A program made the translations under genes and the position numbers. Below the pieces are notes generated by a model. It worked only from the letters and a program-made list of their open reading frames with translations, ran no database searches and was not told the DNA's origin. A stretch of DNA of 64,000 nt from Candidatus Poribacteria bacterium (GTDB lineage: Bacteria; Poribacteria; WGA-4E; WGA-3G): positions 1,184,001 through 1,248,000 of the forward strand of contig CAXXLX010000001.1 in assembly GCA_963665235.2 (NCBI GenBank), read 5' to 3'. Positions 10,899 to 21,852 of the stretch are shown in pieces (the first letter of the stretch is position 1; each line of letters starts with the position of its first letter).

Positions 10899-11073
10899 AA
10901 TTTAGGGTGTGCTCACTATTAGGACTTGCGCATTCCCCCCGCCCGCGGGGGATAAAAAGGGGTGGATTTAGAACGTTCAGAAGCAAAATTAATTACCGAG
11001 TAAACCATTTAGGGCTCACACAGTTTTGATTGCTGCGATAACCCCGCTTCTGTAGGAGCCCCCCGAACTACGG

Positions 11074-11997
11074 CTATGGTGTGGGAACTTCCCACACAAG
11101 CACAGAATGCTCTTCACCCCCGCTTGCAATTGCGCTGCCATCCGGCGAATACGCAATACTTCTCACAGAGCTTATGTGCCCCTTAAGAACGGTTTTCGGG
11201 TCGCCCGTGACAGCATCCACTAAACGCACCGCGCCATCTCTGCTGCCGACAGCGATTGTGCTACCATCCGGTGAATACATCACACTCCAAACGTAAAACT
11301 TATATTTCGCAAGTGTACTTTTGCGGCGTGCTGTAAAGGCATCCCATAACCGCACCGTGCCATCGGAACTGCCCGTAACGATTGTGCTACCATCAGGTGA
11401 AAAGGCAACCGAATTGACAACGTGCGTATGTCCTTTGAGTGATGTTTTGGATTGTCCCGTGGCAGTTTGCCATAGTACCACTAGCTCGTCTGAACTTGCT
11501 GTGGCAATTGTGCTGCCATCAGGTGAAAAGGCAATACTTCTAATAGACCCGGAATGCCCTTTGAGTGTAGCTCTTGGCTCCTCTGTGGCAACGTCCCAGA
11601 GTATTCCAATATTGTCCGCGCCGCCACTCGCCAACGTGCTGCCATCCGGTGAATACGCGAGTGCCCTGACATAGTCTCTATGTTCTGTAAGTGTTGCCTT
11701 TGGATGTCCTGCGGCACTATCCCAAAGCCATATCTCTTCATAACTTCCAGAAGCAATCGTTTCGCCATCTGGAGAATACGCCACACTCCAAACATATTCT
11801 GTATGTCCCGCAAGTAGACTCACTTCCTCACCGCTATGAACATCATAAACCCATGTGCCGATGTCGCCAGCAACGGCAAGTCGAGTGCCATCCGGAGAGA
11901 ACACAACATTGCCCGTTATACTACTTTTGCCAAGCCGAAATTTAGCACCCTCAGGTAAATCCGATTGCGGCGTGTCTTGACTAAGCTCTGTTTTCAT
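11074..11997 (-). CDS. WD40-repeat protein
   Basis: About six GH...SVAFSPDG...LWD repeats; LPEGAKFRLGK N-terminus. Confidence 0.92.
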   Translation of the reverse strand: MKTELSQDTPQSDLPEGAKFRLGKSSITGNVVFSPDGTRLAVAGDIGTWVYDVHSGEEVSLLAGHTEYVWSVAYSPDGETIASGSYEEIWLWDSAAGHPKATLTEHRDYVRALAYSPDGSTLASGGADNIGILWDVATEEPRATLKGHSGSIRSIAFSPDGSTIATASSDELVVLWQTATGQSKTSLKGHTHVVNSVAFSPDGSTIVTGSSDGTVRLWDAFTARRKSTLAKYKFYVWSVMYSPDGSTIAVGSRDGAVRLVDAVTGDPKTVLKGHISSVRSIAYSPDGSAIASGGEEHSVLVWEVPTP

Positions 11998-12080
11998 TAC
12001 ACATACCCTCTTTTTTAGTCTCTATATTAAAGAAGTATAACACAAAAGTAGGAATTTAAGCAAGGGGGGGGGTAAAGGTA

Positions 12081-12401
12081 GGGTGTGTAAAGTTTTTGGA
12101 CTATGATAGAGGGAAGGATGGAAGATTGGAAGATTGGAAGATTGGAAGATTGGAAGGGGGGAAGGATGGATTTCGCGCGTGTGTTGTCTGAATCGCGGAT
12201 TTATCGGATTTATCGGATTTTAAGATGCGTAACAATAGAAGGTTTGTGATTATGAGCTAGTGTGTTGTGTTTTCTATAAATATACCGCCCCGCTGGTGCT
12301 AGATTGTCTGGCACTTGTGCTTCTATAAATATACCGCCCCGCTGGTGCTAGCTTGTGTTGTGTTGCTGTCTCACGTTTAAGTACAAAAATTTTACACACC
12401 C
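12081..12401. mobile_element. ~320-bp MITE with 21-bp TIRs and a 9-bp target-site duplication
   Basis: Left end GGGTGTGTAAAGTTTTTGGAC, right end GTACAAAAATTTTACACACCC; GTAAAGGTA on both sides (12072-12080, 12402-12410). Contains (GGAAGATT)n and two CTATAAATATACCGCCCCGCTGGTGCTAG repeats. Confidence 0.85.
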
Positions 12402-12885
12402 GTAAAGGTATTTATTAAAAAATTCGCTTGACTTTTTTTCTGTATGTGGTAAACTAATTATGAGGCTTCTAATGAGACTTAACGAACGCGGTTGAAAAGG
12501 GTTTCCCGTGTTCACGGAGGATTCGTTGTCTCCTGACTTAGGTAAAACCCTGAATTCAGGAGGTTTACGAAATGGCACAAGATGTACACACAATGAAACG
12601 GCCTATAGGGAAACGGCCTATAGGGGCTTAGCTGATATTTTAGGCATTGCGCTTTCTTGCAGAAAGACGCAATGCCTGATTGCGCCTACACCTATTACTA
12701 CAGAAAACGCGAGTTTGAAAAAAGTTTTGACCTAGAGCGTTCTCTGGTAGTTTTAGCAAAAAACTGCACAAACTAGGAAGTATGTGCTACAATTATGCTG
12801 CTTTTTTCTCGGTGAAAAAGGTTTAGAGCAAACGGATATTTATTATCAAGCTCACGTAAATTAAAAACTAACGGTTATTATTTCC

Positions 12886-12914
12886 TTGCATTCCAAAGCG
12901 ACAACGTGTATAAT
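12886..12914 (+). promoter_or_regulatory. Sigma70-type promoter, probably the native leuC promoter
   Basis: TTGCAT-17 nt-TATAAT, followed by an orphaned AAGGA RBS at 12966-12970. Confidence 0.65.
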
Positions 12915-12977
12915 TAAATAAGGTGAACTCACAACACAAAACCTACGCCAAATTTGATTCTTCATAAGGACAGAAAA

Positions 12978-13175
12978 GTAAAGATCACCCTGCTAAAGCA
13001 TGGGTGCTTTGACATAGCGTAACCACACGTTCCCTGTCAAAGATTAAGTTCTTCACTACAGTCATATATCGGTATATCTGTGGTGGTGCACAACGGTGTT
13101 TCGGATGCTCCCCAAGTCCGATGTAAACGCTGATATACCGATCTGGATGGGGAAATACAAACTCTACGGAGAATT
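12978..13175 (+). ncRNA. Putative omegaRNA scaffold
   Basis: ~200-nt structured non-coding region directly upstream of a PLMP/RuvC gene, beginning at the left-end hairpin (includes CTTTGACA...TGTCAAAG pairing and a CGGATGCTCCCAAGTCCG stem). Boundaries approximate. Confidence 0.7.
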
Positions 13176-13182
13176 ACAAACT

Positions 13183-14211
13183 ATGTTTGTTCCTGTCGTT
13201 GACAAAAACCAAAATCCACTGATGCCAACAAAGCCTTCGCGGGCAAGGAAGTGGATACAAGAAAAGAAAGCGACACCCTTTTGGAAGAATGGCGTTTTTT
13301 GTGTGCGCCTTAACGCTGCTCCTTCGGATAGATACTTCCAAGAGATATGTGTAGGCGTAGACCCTGGCAGTAAGAAGGAAGGCTTTACCGTCAAAAGCGA
13401 GGCACATACCTACCTGAATGTGCAAGCAGACGCTCACAACAAGGTTGGAAAGAAAATCGAAAAGCGGCGGACGCTGCGGAGAGGCAGACGCACACGGAAA
13501 TGTCCGAATCGGAAAAAGAAGCATCACAACCTGTCGAACCGGAAGCGTATCCCCGCAGGCACACGTGCAAGATGGGATTGGAAACTTCGCATATTAGATT
13601 GGTTGTCTAACCTCTATCCTGTTACACACGTCTGTGTTGAGGACATTAAGGCGCAAACAAAACAGTATCAAAAGCAGTGGAATCAGGCTTTTAGTCCTTT
13701 GGAAGTCGGCAAGCACTGGTTCTATTCAGAGGTAGAAAAGCGATGGAAACTCCTGACATTACAAGGGTTTGAAACCAAAGAGATACGCGAGCGTCTGGGT
13801 CTCAACAAGTCGTCAAAGAAGTTAGCTGAAACCTTTGAGGCACATTGCGTTGATAGCTGGTGCTTGGCCTATCACACCGTTGGCGGTTTAGAGATACCCG
13901 ACAATACCGATATATTCTGTATCTCACCGATACCGATACGCAGGCGAGAACTCCACAGACAAAATCCGCAGAAAGGTGGCAATCGTCCGCGATATGGTGG
14001 CACCTTATTAGGCGATGGACTCGTTAAAAACACATTGATAAAGCACGACAAATATGGACTAACACGCCTTGCCGGTGTTAATGCTAAAGGACTATTCTCT
14101 GTCTATTCAAAAGATGGACACCGATTAACAACGGGTGCGAAACGCACAGATTTTCAAGTCCTAACACGCTTGAACTTTCAATATAGGAGCGGTGTTTCCT
14201 CCCCGTGCTAA
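13183..14211 (+). CDS. isrB: IsrB-like RNA-guided nickase (PLMP/RRXRR + split RuvC, no HNH), 342 aa
   Basis: NPLMPT, RuvC-I VGVDPG, Arg-rich bridge helix [12 protein letters not shown], RuvC-II VCVEDI, RuvC-III HCVDSW; no CxxC/HNH insert; GGAG RBS before ATG 13183. Confidence 0.88.
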   Translation: MFVPVVDKNQNPLMPTKPSRARKWIQEKKATPFWKNGVFCVRLNAAPSDRYFQEICVGVDPGSKKEGFTVKSEAHTYLNVQADAHNKVGKKIEKRRTLRRGRRTRKCPNRKKKHHNLSNRKRIPAGTRARWDWKLRILDWLSNLYPVTHVCVEDIKAQTKQYQKQWNQAFSPLEVGKHWFYSEVEKRWKLLTLQGFETKEIRERLGLNKSSKKLAETFEAHCVDSWCLAYHTVGGLEIPDNTDIFCISPIPIRRRELHRQNPQKGGNRPRYGGTLLGDGLVKNTLIKHDKYGLTRLAGVNAKGLFSVYSKDGHRLTTGAKRTDFQVLTRLNFQYRSGVSSPC

Positions 14212-14239
14212 AGCAACGGGGTCTCCACACCGAAGATTG

Positions 14240-15640
14240 ATGAAAAAAAACATGTACGAAAAAATATGGGACGCGCATATAGTGCGAGCATCCGCTACTG
14301 AAGTGCCAATCCTCTACATAGATACACACCTCGTTCACGAAGTGACATCCCCGCAAGCATTTGAAGGGTTGCGCCTCAACAACCGAAAAGTACGCCGACC
14401 CGACCTGACGTTCGCCACGATGGACCACAACGTCCCCACAACAGACAGAACGCTACCCATCACCGACCTAATTGCAGCGAAGCAGATGGAAACCCTCGCG
14501 CAAAACTGTGCCGAATTTGACATTCCGCTCTACGACATCAACAGTCCCGAACAGGGGATTGTTCACGTCATCGGGCCCGAATTGGGCATCACACAACCCG
14601 GAAAAACGATTGTGTGCGGTGATAGTCACACCTCAACCCACGGTGCGTTAGGCGCGCTTGCCTTCGGCATCGGCACAAGTGAAATTGAGCATGTCCTCGC
14701 CACACAATGTCTCTTGCAACATAAGTCAGAAACCTTTGATATCCAAATTGATGGAACACTCCCTTACGGCGTTACCGCAAAGGACATCATCCTCTCGATT
14801 ATCGGACATATCGGTATTGACGGCGGCAACGGTGCCGTGGTGGAATATACAGGTTCGGCTATCCGCGCCCTCAGCATTGAGGAACGGATGACCGTTTGTA
14901 ATATGTCAATTGAGGCAGGCGCGCGTGCTGGCATGATTGCCCCCGACGATACGACCTACGAATATCTCGCTGGTAGACGTTTCGCTCCGAAAGGCGAAGC
15001 GTTCGATACAGCCGTCGAACGTTGGAAACTGCTCCCGACCGATGAAGGCGCAAGCTATGACCGCACCCTGCAACTCAACGCAGCAGACATTGCACCGCAG
15101 GTGACATGGGGAACAAACCCCGGCATGGTAACCGATGTGACAGGACACGTGCCGAATCCAGCTGACATGACATCCCCCGATGAGAAGCGCGCCGCTGAAC
15201 ATGCTTTAGCTTACATGGACCTTCAGCCCGGCACCCCGATGACAGATATTCCTGTGGATAGGGTTTTCATCGGCAGTTGTACCAACTCCCGCATCAGCGA
15301 TTTACGAGCTGCTGCAGAAATCGCCAAGGGGCGGAAGGTGGTAGACACCGTCAGTGCAATGGTCGTCCCCGGTTCGCAGGCAGTCAAACGTCAAGCGGAG
15401 GCGGAGGGGCTCGATGAGATTTTCCGTGCTGCAGGATTTGAATGGCGCGAAGCCGGGTGTAGCATGTGCCTCGGCATGAATCCCGATATCCTGATGCCGG
15501 GTCAACGCTGCGCCAGTACATCCAACAGGAATTTTGAAGGTAGACAGGGTAAAGGCGGACGCACACACCTCGTCAGCCCACAGATGGCGGCTGCAACTGC
15601 GGTTACAGGCCGCTTTGTAGACATCCGAACGTTTGGATAG
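14240..15640 (+). CDS. leuC: 3-isopropylmalate dehydratase large subunit
   Basis: [51 protein letters not shown]. Start set at ATG 14240 ([10 protein letters not shown]). Confidence 0.97.
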   Translation: MKKNMYEKIWDAHIVRASATEVPILYIDTHLVHEVTSPQAFEGLRLNNRKVRRPDLTFATMDHNVPTTDRTLPITDLIAAKQMETLAQNCAEFDIPLYDINSPEQGIVHVIGPELGITQPGKTIVCGDSHTSTHGALGALAFGIGTSEIEHVLATQCLLQHKSETFDIQIDGTLPYGVTAKDIILSIIGHIGIDGGNGAVVEYTGSAIRALSIEERMTVCNMSIEAGARAGMIAPDDTTYEYLAGRRFAPKGEAFDTAVERWKLLPTDEGASYDRTLQLNAADIAPQVTWGTNPGMVTDVTGHVPNPADMTSPDEKRAAEHALAYMDLQPGTPMTDIPVDRVFIGSCTNSRISDLRAAAEIAKGRKVVDTVSAMVVPGSQAVKRQAEAEGLDEIFRAAGFEWREAGCSMCLGMNPDILMPGQRCASTSNRNFEGRQGKGGRTHLVSPQMAAATAVTGRFVDIRTFG

Positions 15641-15718
15641 GTCAAATAGGAGCTTGCAGGAGAGGGCAAAGAGTATACCAACAACGTCCTTGTTATCAAG
15701 GAAAATACGGAGGCAATA

Positions 15719-15925
15719 ATGGAATCTATCATCATTGAAAAAGTCAAAGAGCTTCCGCCAGAGCTCCAGGAAGAGGTCATTAATTTCATTGATTTCCTGC
15801 GAACGAAAAAAGGTTCAAAACGGGGAAAAAAACCAAACTTGGAATGGATTGGCGGATTAGAAACGTATCGTGACCAATGGACAGCTCTCGAACTTCAGCA
15901 GAAAGCGTCAGATTGGAGGGATTAG
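15719..15925 (+). CDS. DUF2281-like antitoxin
   Basis: LPPELQEEVINFIDFL motif, 68 aa, overlaps the start of the PIN gene. Confidence 0.8.
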   Translation: MESIIIEKVKELPPELQEEVINFIDFLRTKKGSKRGKKPNLEWIGGLETYRDQWTALELQQKASDWRD

Positions 15926-16317
15926 TGTACCTTGCAGATACCAATATTTTTCTTGAAGCCCTGTTGGGACAAGAGAAAAAGGACGATGTCCAATCATTCT
16001 TACAGAATATTGACTTGAGCGAAATCTTCATAACAGATTTGTCGCTTCATTCCATAGGCATTATTCTGTATCGGTTGAAGAATTCTGCTCTCTTTAGGAC
16101 GTTCTTAGAGGATATAATTGTTGATGGAGTTGGCATCCTTTCCTTGCCACCGGAAGATCTTAAAACGCTTGCCCTGACAGCCGATAAATTTAACCTTGAC
16201 TTTGACGATGCATATCAATACGCTGTCGCCGCGAAATATGAAATGCAACTCATCAGTTTCGATACGGATTTTGATCGAACCGAAAGGAAACGAAAGGAAC
16301 CTATTGAGGTGTTATGA
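15925..16317 (+). CDS. vapC: PIN-domain (VapC-like) toxin
   Basis: YLADTNIFLE...LDFDDAYQY...LISFDTDFD; GTG start overlaps the antitoxin TAG. Confidence 0.88.
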   Translation: MYLADTNIFLEALLGQEKKDDVQSFLQNIDLSEIFITDLSLHSIGIILYRLKNSALFRTFLEDIIVDGVGILSLPPEDLKTLALTADKFNLDFDDAYQYAVAAKYEMQLISFDTDFDRTERKRKEPIEVL

Positions 16318-16706
16318 TGAAAACTTGGCACGAAATATTAATCGCCGATCTTGCCGTCAACCGAGCTGAAGCAATTGACTATTTTGATATGTCACTGCAA
16401 GAATACCAAACTGATGGCGACACCCTCTTCCTTCTGAAAGGACTTCGCAATATTATAGAGGCACTAGGCGGAGTTTCCGAAATTGAAAAGCAAACCGGTA
16501 AGGAGACGGAAGGCCTTCTTAAGGTGCTGTCCAGCAACGACGCGCCAAGTCTTGATACGCTCAACACCCTGGCTAAGGCCCTGGGATGTCGGTTGTCTAT
16601 TGAACCGTTACCGGCTGCACATCCAGACCATGAAGTTAAGGACGAGAATCAGCTAATTGCACAGCGAACGACCGCGCATCCTAGTTTCGAAGTCGCTACC
16701 GACTAA
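16314..16706 (+). CDS. HTH addiction-module antidote-like regulator
   Basis: LRNIIEALGGVSEIEKQTG...PSLDTLNTLAKALGCRL resembles HI1420-type antitoxins. Confidence 0.7.
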   Translation: MMKTWHEILIADLAVNRAEAIDYFDMSLQEYQTDGDTLFLLKGLRNIIEALGGVSEIEKQTGKETEGLLKVLSSNDAPSLDTLNTLAKALGCRLSIEPLPAAHPDHEVKDENQLIAQRTTAHPSFEVATD

Positions 16707-16768
16707 GCTACGTGAGAGCAAAAAACTGACTGTGAATACGGCTATACGTTCACTAAGGAGAAAGAAAA

Positions 16769-17350
16769 ATGGAAGCATTCAAAGAACACGTCGGACTTGT
16801 CGTCCCACTGGATCGAATTAATGTTGACACAGACCAAATCATCCCGAAGCAATTCCTAAAACGGATCGAACGTACCGGCTTCGGCGAATTTCTATTTTAT
16901 GATTGGCGTTACCTTGAAAATGGCGACCCCAACCCGGAGTTTGTGCTAAACCACCCGCGTTACGCAGACGCGAGTATCTTAATTGCAGGCGTAAACTTCG
17001 GCTGTGGAAGCTCCCGCGAGCACGCGCCGTGGGCGTTACAGCAGTATGGTTTCAAAGCAATCCTCGCCCCCTCCTTCGCCGACATATTTCGTAACAATTG
17101 TTATAAGAACGGTATCCTGCCTATTGTTTTACCTGCGGACGTTATCACCGCGCTCAGCCATGCAGCGCGAGACATCGAAGGGTATCGGTTGATGGTAGAC
17201 CTGGAGGAACAATCGGTAACCTGTCCTGATGGCACCACGCACACCTTTGACATCGGCGATTTTGAGAAGTACTGCCTCCTAAACGGCCTCGATGAAATCG
17301 GGTGGACTTTGCAGTATGAAGCGGACATCGCCGCGTATGAAAACCGGTAG
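16769..17350 (+). CDS. leuD: 3-isopropylmalate dehydratase small subunit
   Basis: [35 protein letters not shown]. Confidence 0.97.
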   Translation: MEAFKEHVGLVVPLDRINVDTDQIIPKQFLKRIERTGFGEFLFYDWRYLENGDPNPEFVLNHPRYADASILIAGVNFGCGSSREHAPWALQQYGFKAILAPSFADIFRNNCYKNGILPIVLPADVITALSHAARDIEGYRLMVDLEEQSVTCPDGTTHTFDIGDFEKYCLLNGLDEIGWTLQYEADIAAYENR

Positions 17351-17400
17351 TTTTGTTTTCGGGTCGAGGGGTGTGGTAAAATTACGATGGAGGTGAAAAA

Positions 17401-18582
17401 ATGGAATACCGTTCAAATATCTTATCAGACAAAATCACACTTAATTTTGATCGTGATGCCCAAGTGTCTGTCAAAGCCTTCATCGCACCGATTGAGCATA
17501 CGGTCTCCAATTTCCACGTCGACTGGGACGCATTGGCAAATCTACGCGTCACTGAACCAGAGAAGCGGTATCCCACATCAATTTTTCAGTCTTTTCTTCC
17601 ACCGGAACCGGTTTCAGTAGGCGAATGCTGGCAGATTGAAGAAGTGGGTGTTACGGAGTTGCTTCGGCAGCTGCATCCAAATCCGAAATTAATAGAAACA
17701 CACATTGATACCAATGATTCACGCGGGTTGTGGGGATGTCTCCGCGCATACAACGATAAATTTGCTGACATCACCTTTCGGATTCACGCAGCATTCGACT
17801 TTGAAGATGGGACGCTAACACCTTCACAGTTTAAAGGAAATCTGATAATTGACAGGCGTGAAAATAAAGTAACCTTCTTCAAAATGTACGTCCCTGAAGG
17901 CACAGTTAACCTCGATATCACTTGGAAAAAGGACAAAGAGCAGCTTTATAGAAGCACAGATGCAGGTCTATGTTCCCAAATGGAACTCCGTTCAGGAACA
18001 GAAGACGAAATGCAGAATGCTGACTTCACGGAAGCGATAACACAGAAAGAAGCGGAACGGGCACTGATACTTCGTTTCTACGAAATAGCGCAGATAAATT
18101 GGGTGCCCCCGGAGAAAGCAGTGGAATTGGCCGAGGAGCAGGTGAAGTTCATTCATGTTATCTCTATAGACGGACCATTACACGATGAATCTTGCTGAGG
18201 GAGTGGAAAAGGCTTGAGGGCAGTTGTCCTCTACTGGGATAGAATTATCGAATTTCTGAACGAAAACTTTATTAACACATGGGTTTCCAACGTTGAGTTA
18301 GAACGGACCCCTCGAAAGCAAACCTACATGGCGAAAAGACCTAAACGTAAATCCAAAACGTTTAATAGAACACATCCCTTAGCACAAGCCGTTATGAAAG
18401 GCTGGAAAAAAGATTCACCCGTAGATTGTTTAGTTATTTCCCCTGAATTTGATGTGATGGGAAAACTTCCACTTAATGATTTCTTTGATGACTGTTCGCA
18501 AAAGGATATTCCACAAGAGGATGCCTACCTTACCTTTCTCACGGAATCCTTAGAGGGTAAATTTCCGGGATTTGCCGAATGA
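17401..18582 (+). CDS. Selenoprotein N-like protein copy 1 (393 aa; Sec UGA at 18196-18198)
   Basis: ORFs 17401-18198 and 18214-18582 are in one frame, joined as DGPLHDESC-U-GSGKGLRAVVL...FLNENFINTW; SECIS-like hairpin at 18216-18231. Confidence 0.9.
18216..18231 (+). promoter_or_regulatory. Putative bacterial SECIS hairpin (copy 1)
   Basis: GAGGGC-AGTT-GTCCTC, stem starts after a 17-nt spacer 3' of the UGA. Confidence 0.7.
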
Positions 18583-18677
18583 CTGGCAAAAGTGCATCCG
18601 AAAACGTGTATAAGCGAATCATTGCTTCTTCTGATAGCAATGGTATCCTATACCAAAAAGGAAGTTCATAACGAAAA

Positions 18678-20673
18678 ATGCAAACTTTCGAGAATAAAAT
18701 TGCACTTAATCTTGACCGTGATGCACAAGTGTCTGTCACAGGCTTCATCGCACCGATTGAATATACCCAACGCAACTACCACGTGGATTGAGACGAATTG
18801 GCAAATTTGCAAGCTGCTGAACCAGAGAAGCAATATCCTACCTCCATTTTTCAAGCATTTCTGCCATCGGAACCGGTTTCAGTGGGTGAATACTGGCAAA
18901 TTGAAGAAGAAAGCGCGCTAACGCTGTTGCGACAACTCAATCCACGTCCACAACTATATTTGGAAATTGGTGGCGAGGATTCTTACGGTTTGTGGGCGTG
19001 CCTACGTGCCTACAATGATGCGTTTGCTGAAATTCTGTTCCGTATCCATGCAGAATTCGTTTTAGAAAAAGGTTGGTTTTCGCCATCGCAGTTTGCCGGA
19101 TCTATGATTATCGACCGGGTCGAAAAGAAAGTTGTCGACTTCAAGATGTACGTTCCGGATGCCACACTAAACTTCGATGTACGTTGGAGACTATTTGGAG
19201 ACGAACGCAGCGGAGCGGACATCGGCTTTTGCCCACAAATGGAACTCTGTGCTGGCGTACAAGACGTTTTGCAAGATGCTAAATTCACAGAAGCAATCAC
19301 CTACGAGGAAGCATTGCACGCACTGATGTTACGTTTTTACAAGTCGGCGCAAATTAACTGGGTATCGCTGGAAGAAGCGTTGGAATTGGCACCTGTATTA
19401 CAGAAACCGATCCACGCGATTTCATCAGGTGGACCGCTTGCGGACGAGTCGTGCTGAGGGAGTGGTAAAACCCTGAGAGCAGGTGCTCTCTCTGATGAGC
19501 AGAACATTGAATTCCTGAACGAAAATTTGATCAACACCTGGGTGGCAGGTGCTGAATTAGGGGGTGACCCCAGTTTGCGGGAACCGATTGCTAAGCGACG
19601 CGAACGCGAGGGAAAAACGTTTGACACAAGTCATCCATTAGCACAAGCAATTATAAAGGGGTGGAAAACCGGCTCCAAAAAGGGTTCACCTGTGGATTGT
19701 TTCGTCATCTCACCTAATTTTGAACTGATGGGCAGACAACTCGTCAACGAGCTCGGCGAAGACAGGGAACGTAGTGGCTGGAGGTATGATTACGAATATT
19801 ATCTTGCATTTCTCAAGGAAGCTTTGGCTGGAAAACAACCGGGTTTAGGAAACTTTGTCCTCACGGCTGAACATCCTTCGCAAGAGGTAGTGGATATTTT
19901 TCGGACACCAACGATTGGCAACTATCAGAATTATACTGTGGTCGTGATTGATGCCACAGCCTTTGAAAACGGCGGCACGTTAACCATTGACATTAAAATC
20001 GGCAGGGAAGAGGGTGAAGCAGCGTTCTATCTGTTCGATGGAGATACTGAACTCTCCACAGAACAAGAAAAACCGGAAGACAGGCTCACTTGGACATGGG
20101 GGGAACCCGGGGACACGCGTCAAATCACACATATTTTCGACCGAGGTCAATTTTTTAAGTTAGGTGTTACCGGACACTGGGCGAGAGACGAACCGTGTGT
20201 CAACGCTTTTCACGCAACAGTTTCCGTACAGGAAAATTCAAATGAAGGTACGCCTTCAACTCGGTTGCATGTTGCCCTAGACAGTGCACAATCGTCTTCA
20301 GAAATATTGGATATTTTTCGGGCACCGGGAAACGGTTATCAAGATTATACCGTTGTTAATATCGATACCACGGCGTTTAAAGACGGTGGCACGCTTGCTA
20401 TCTATGTTCATCTATGTTCAGGTCGGCAGTGCAGACGCAGCAGGGTCATTTGACCTCTTTGATAGCGACGCGGAGCTCCCGACAGAAGGTATCCCCGAAG
20501 CACTCGTTTCGGCCTGGGGCATTAAACCCAATACAGCGACAACAATCCGCCATCGTTTCGAGCAAGGTGAAGTTTTTAAACTCGGGGCCACCGGCGACTG
20601 GTTCAGTAAAAAAGGGGACATGAACGCTTTCTACCTAAAGATTTCTGTGGAGGAAAACGTAAGTGAACCCTAA
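18678..20673 (+). pseudogene. Selenoprotein N-like copy 2 with two C-terminal domains, disrupted
   Basis: ATG 18678; TGA at 18789 where paralogs have TGG (Trp); Sec UGA at 19455-19457; 10-bp tandem duplication TCTATGTTCA at 20401-20420 shifts the frame. Confidence 0.82.
19475..19490 (+). promoter_or_regulatory. Putative bacterial SECIS hairpin (copy 2)
   Basis: GAGAGC-AGGT-GCTCTC, a perfect stem at the same spacing. Confidence 0.75.
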
Positions 20674-21817
20674 AATCACGCTCAACCTTGACAGCAATGC
20701 AGAGGTGTCCATCAAAGGCTTCATTGCGCCGATTGAATACACACAATACAACTTCCACGTAGAGTGGGACGAATTGGCGAACTTTCGGGTCGCTGAACCG
20801 ATAAAGCAGTATCCTACATCCGTTTTTCAAGCGTTCCTCCCATCAGAGTCGGTTTCAGTCGGAGAATGCTGGCAGGTAGAAGAAGAAGGTGCGCTAACAC
20901 TCCTACAGCAGCTACATCGTCATCCACAATTTGAGCTGGATGTAGATTCAGGAGATTCCTACGGTTTGTGGGCATGTCTACGCGCCTACAATAATGAATT
21001 CGCTGAGATCCTGTTTCGTATCCACGCGGAATTTGTTTTAGAAAAAGGTTGGTTTGCCCCCTCACAGTTTGCCGGATATATGGTTATCGACCGGGGAGAA
21101 AAGAGAGTCGTCTCCTTTAAGATGTACGTTCCGGATGCCACACTAAACTTTGACACACGTTGGAATCGTGAAAACGGGAATACTTATGCGGATATCGGTT
21201 ACTGTCCTAAAATGGAACTCTGTACTGATACCCAACCTTACGATGTCAAATTTATCGCGTCAATCGAACAAGAACAAGCTGAACATGCACTTACATTGCG
21301 TTTTTACAAGGCACAGCAAATTAACTGGGTATCGCTTGAAGAAGCATTGAAAATTGCCCCTCTACAACAGAAACCCATTCATGCTATTTCAATAAACGGC
21401 CCCCTTGCAGACGAATCATGCTGAGGAAGTGGAAAGACCTTGAGGGCAGGTGTCCTCTCTGACGAGCAAAACATTGAATTCTTAAACAAAAATTTTATCA
21501 ACACCTGGGTAGAAAATGCTGAATTAGGACGTATTCCTAGTTTACGAGAACCGATTGCCAAAAGACGCGAACGTGAATCCAAGACGTTCGACACAACACA
21601 TCCCTTAGCCCAAGCCATCATGCAAGGGTGGAATCAAGGTTCACCAGTAGATTGTCTGGTTATCTCTCCTGAATTTGAAGTGCTGGGCACACAACAGGTG
21701 AATGAACTTGATAACGACGCGAAACGTAAGGGATTATTCTCGGATGAAACATATTATCTTGCATTTCTCAAGGAAGCTCTTAAGGGAAAATTCCCAGGAC
21801 TTAGTCAGAATACTTGA
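20663..21817 (+). CDS. Selenoprotein N-like protein copy 3 (384 aa; Sec UGA at 21422-21424)
   Basis: In-frame join NGPLADESC-U-GSGKTLRAGVL. Confidence 0.9.
21442..21457 (+). promoter_or_regulatory. Putative bacterial SECIS hairpin (copy 3)
   Basis: GAGGGC-AGGT-GTCCTC. Confidence 0.75.
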
Positions 21818-21852
21818 GACTCTTCATCATTTGAAAATAGAGGAAAATTAAA

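Larger units (their letters stand above)
12978..14239 (+). mobile_element. Non-autonomous IS200/IS605 (OMEGA) element carrying isrB
   Basis: Related subterminal hairpins CACCCTGCTAAAGCATGGGTG (left) and CCCCGTGCTAAAGCAACGGGG (right); no TIR or TSD; 3' flank is ATGA. Confidence 0.8.

Noticed and set aside
12572-12631. Leucine attenuator leader peptide
   Set aside because: It contains no Leu codons and a separate promoter lies between it and leuC.
13096-14211. IscB, Cas9 or TnpB
   Set aside because: It has PLMP and a split RuvC but no HNH or zinc finger, and is only ~340 aa, which fits IsrB.
14192-14239. N-terminal extension of LeuC from the ORF track
   Set aside because: This is the transposon right end; the LeuC-like sequence starts at ATG 14240.
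18789-18791. Second selenocysteine codon in copy 2
   Set aside because: It aligns to a conserved Trp, lacks the downstream hairpin, and the gene has other lesions.
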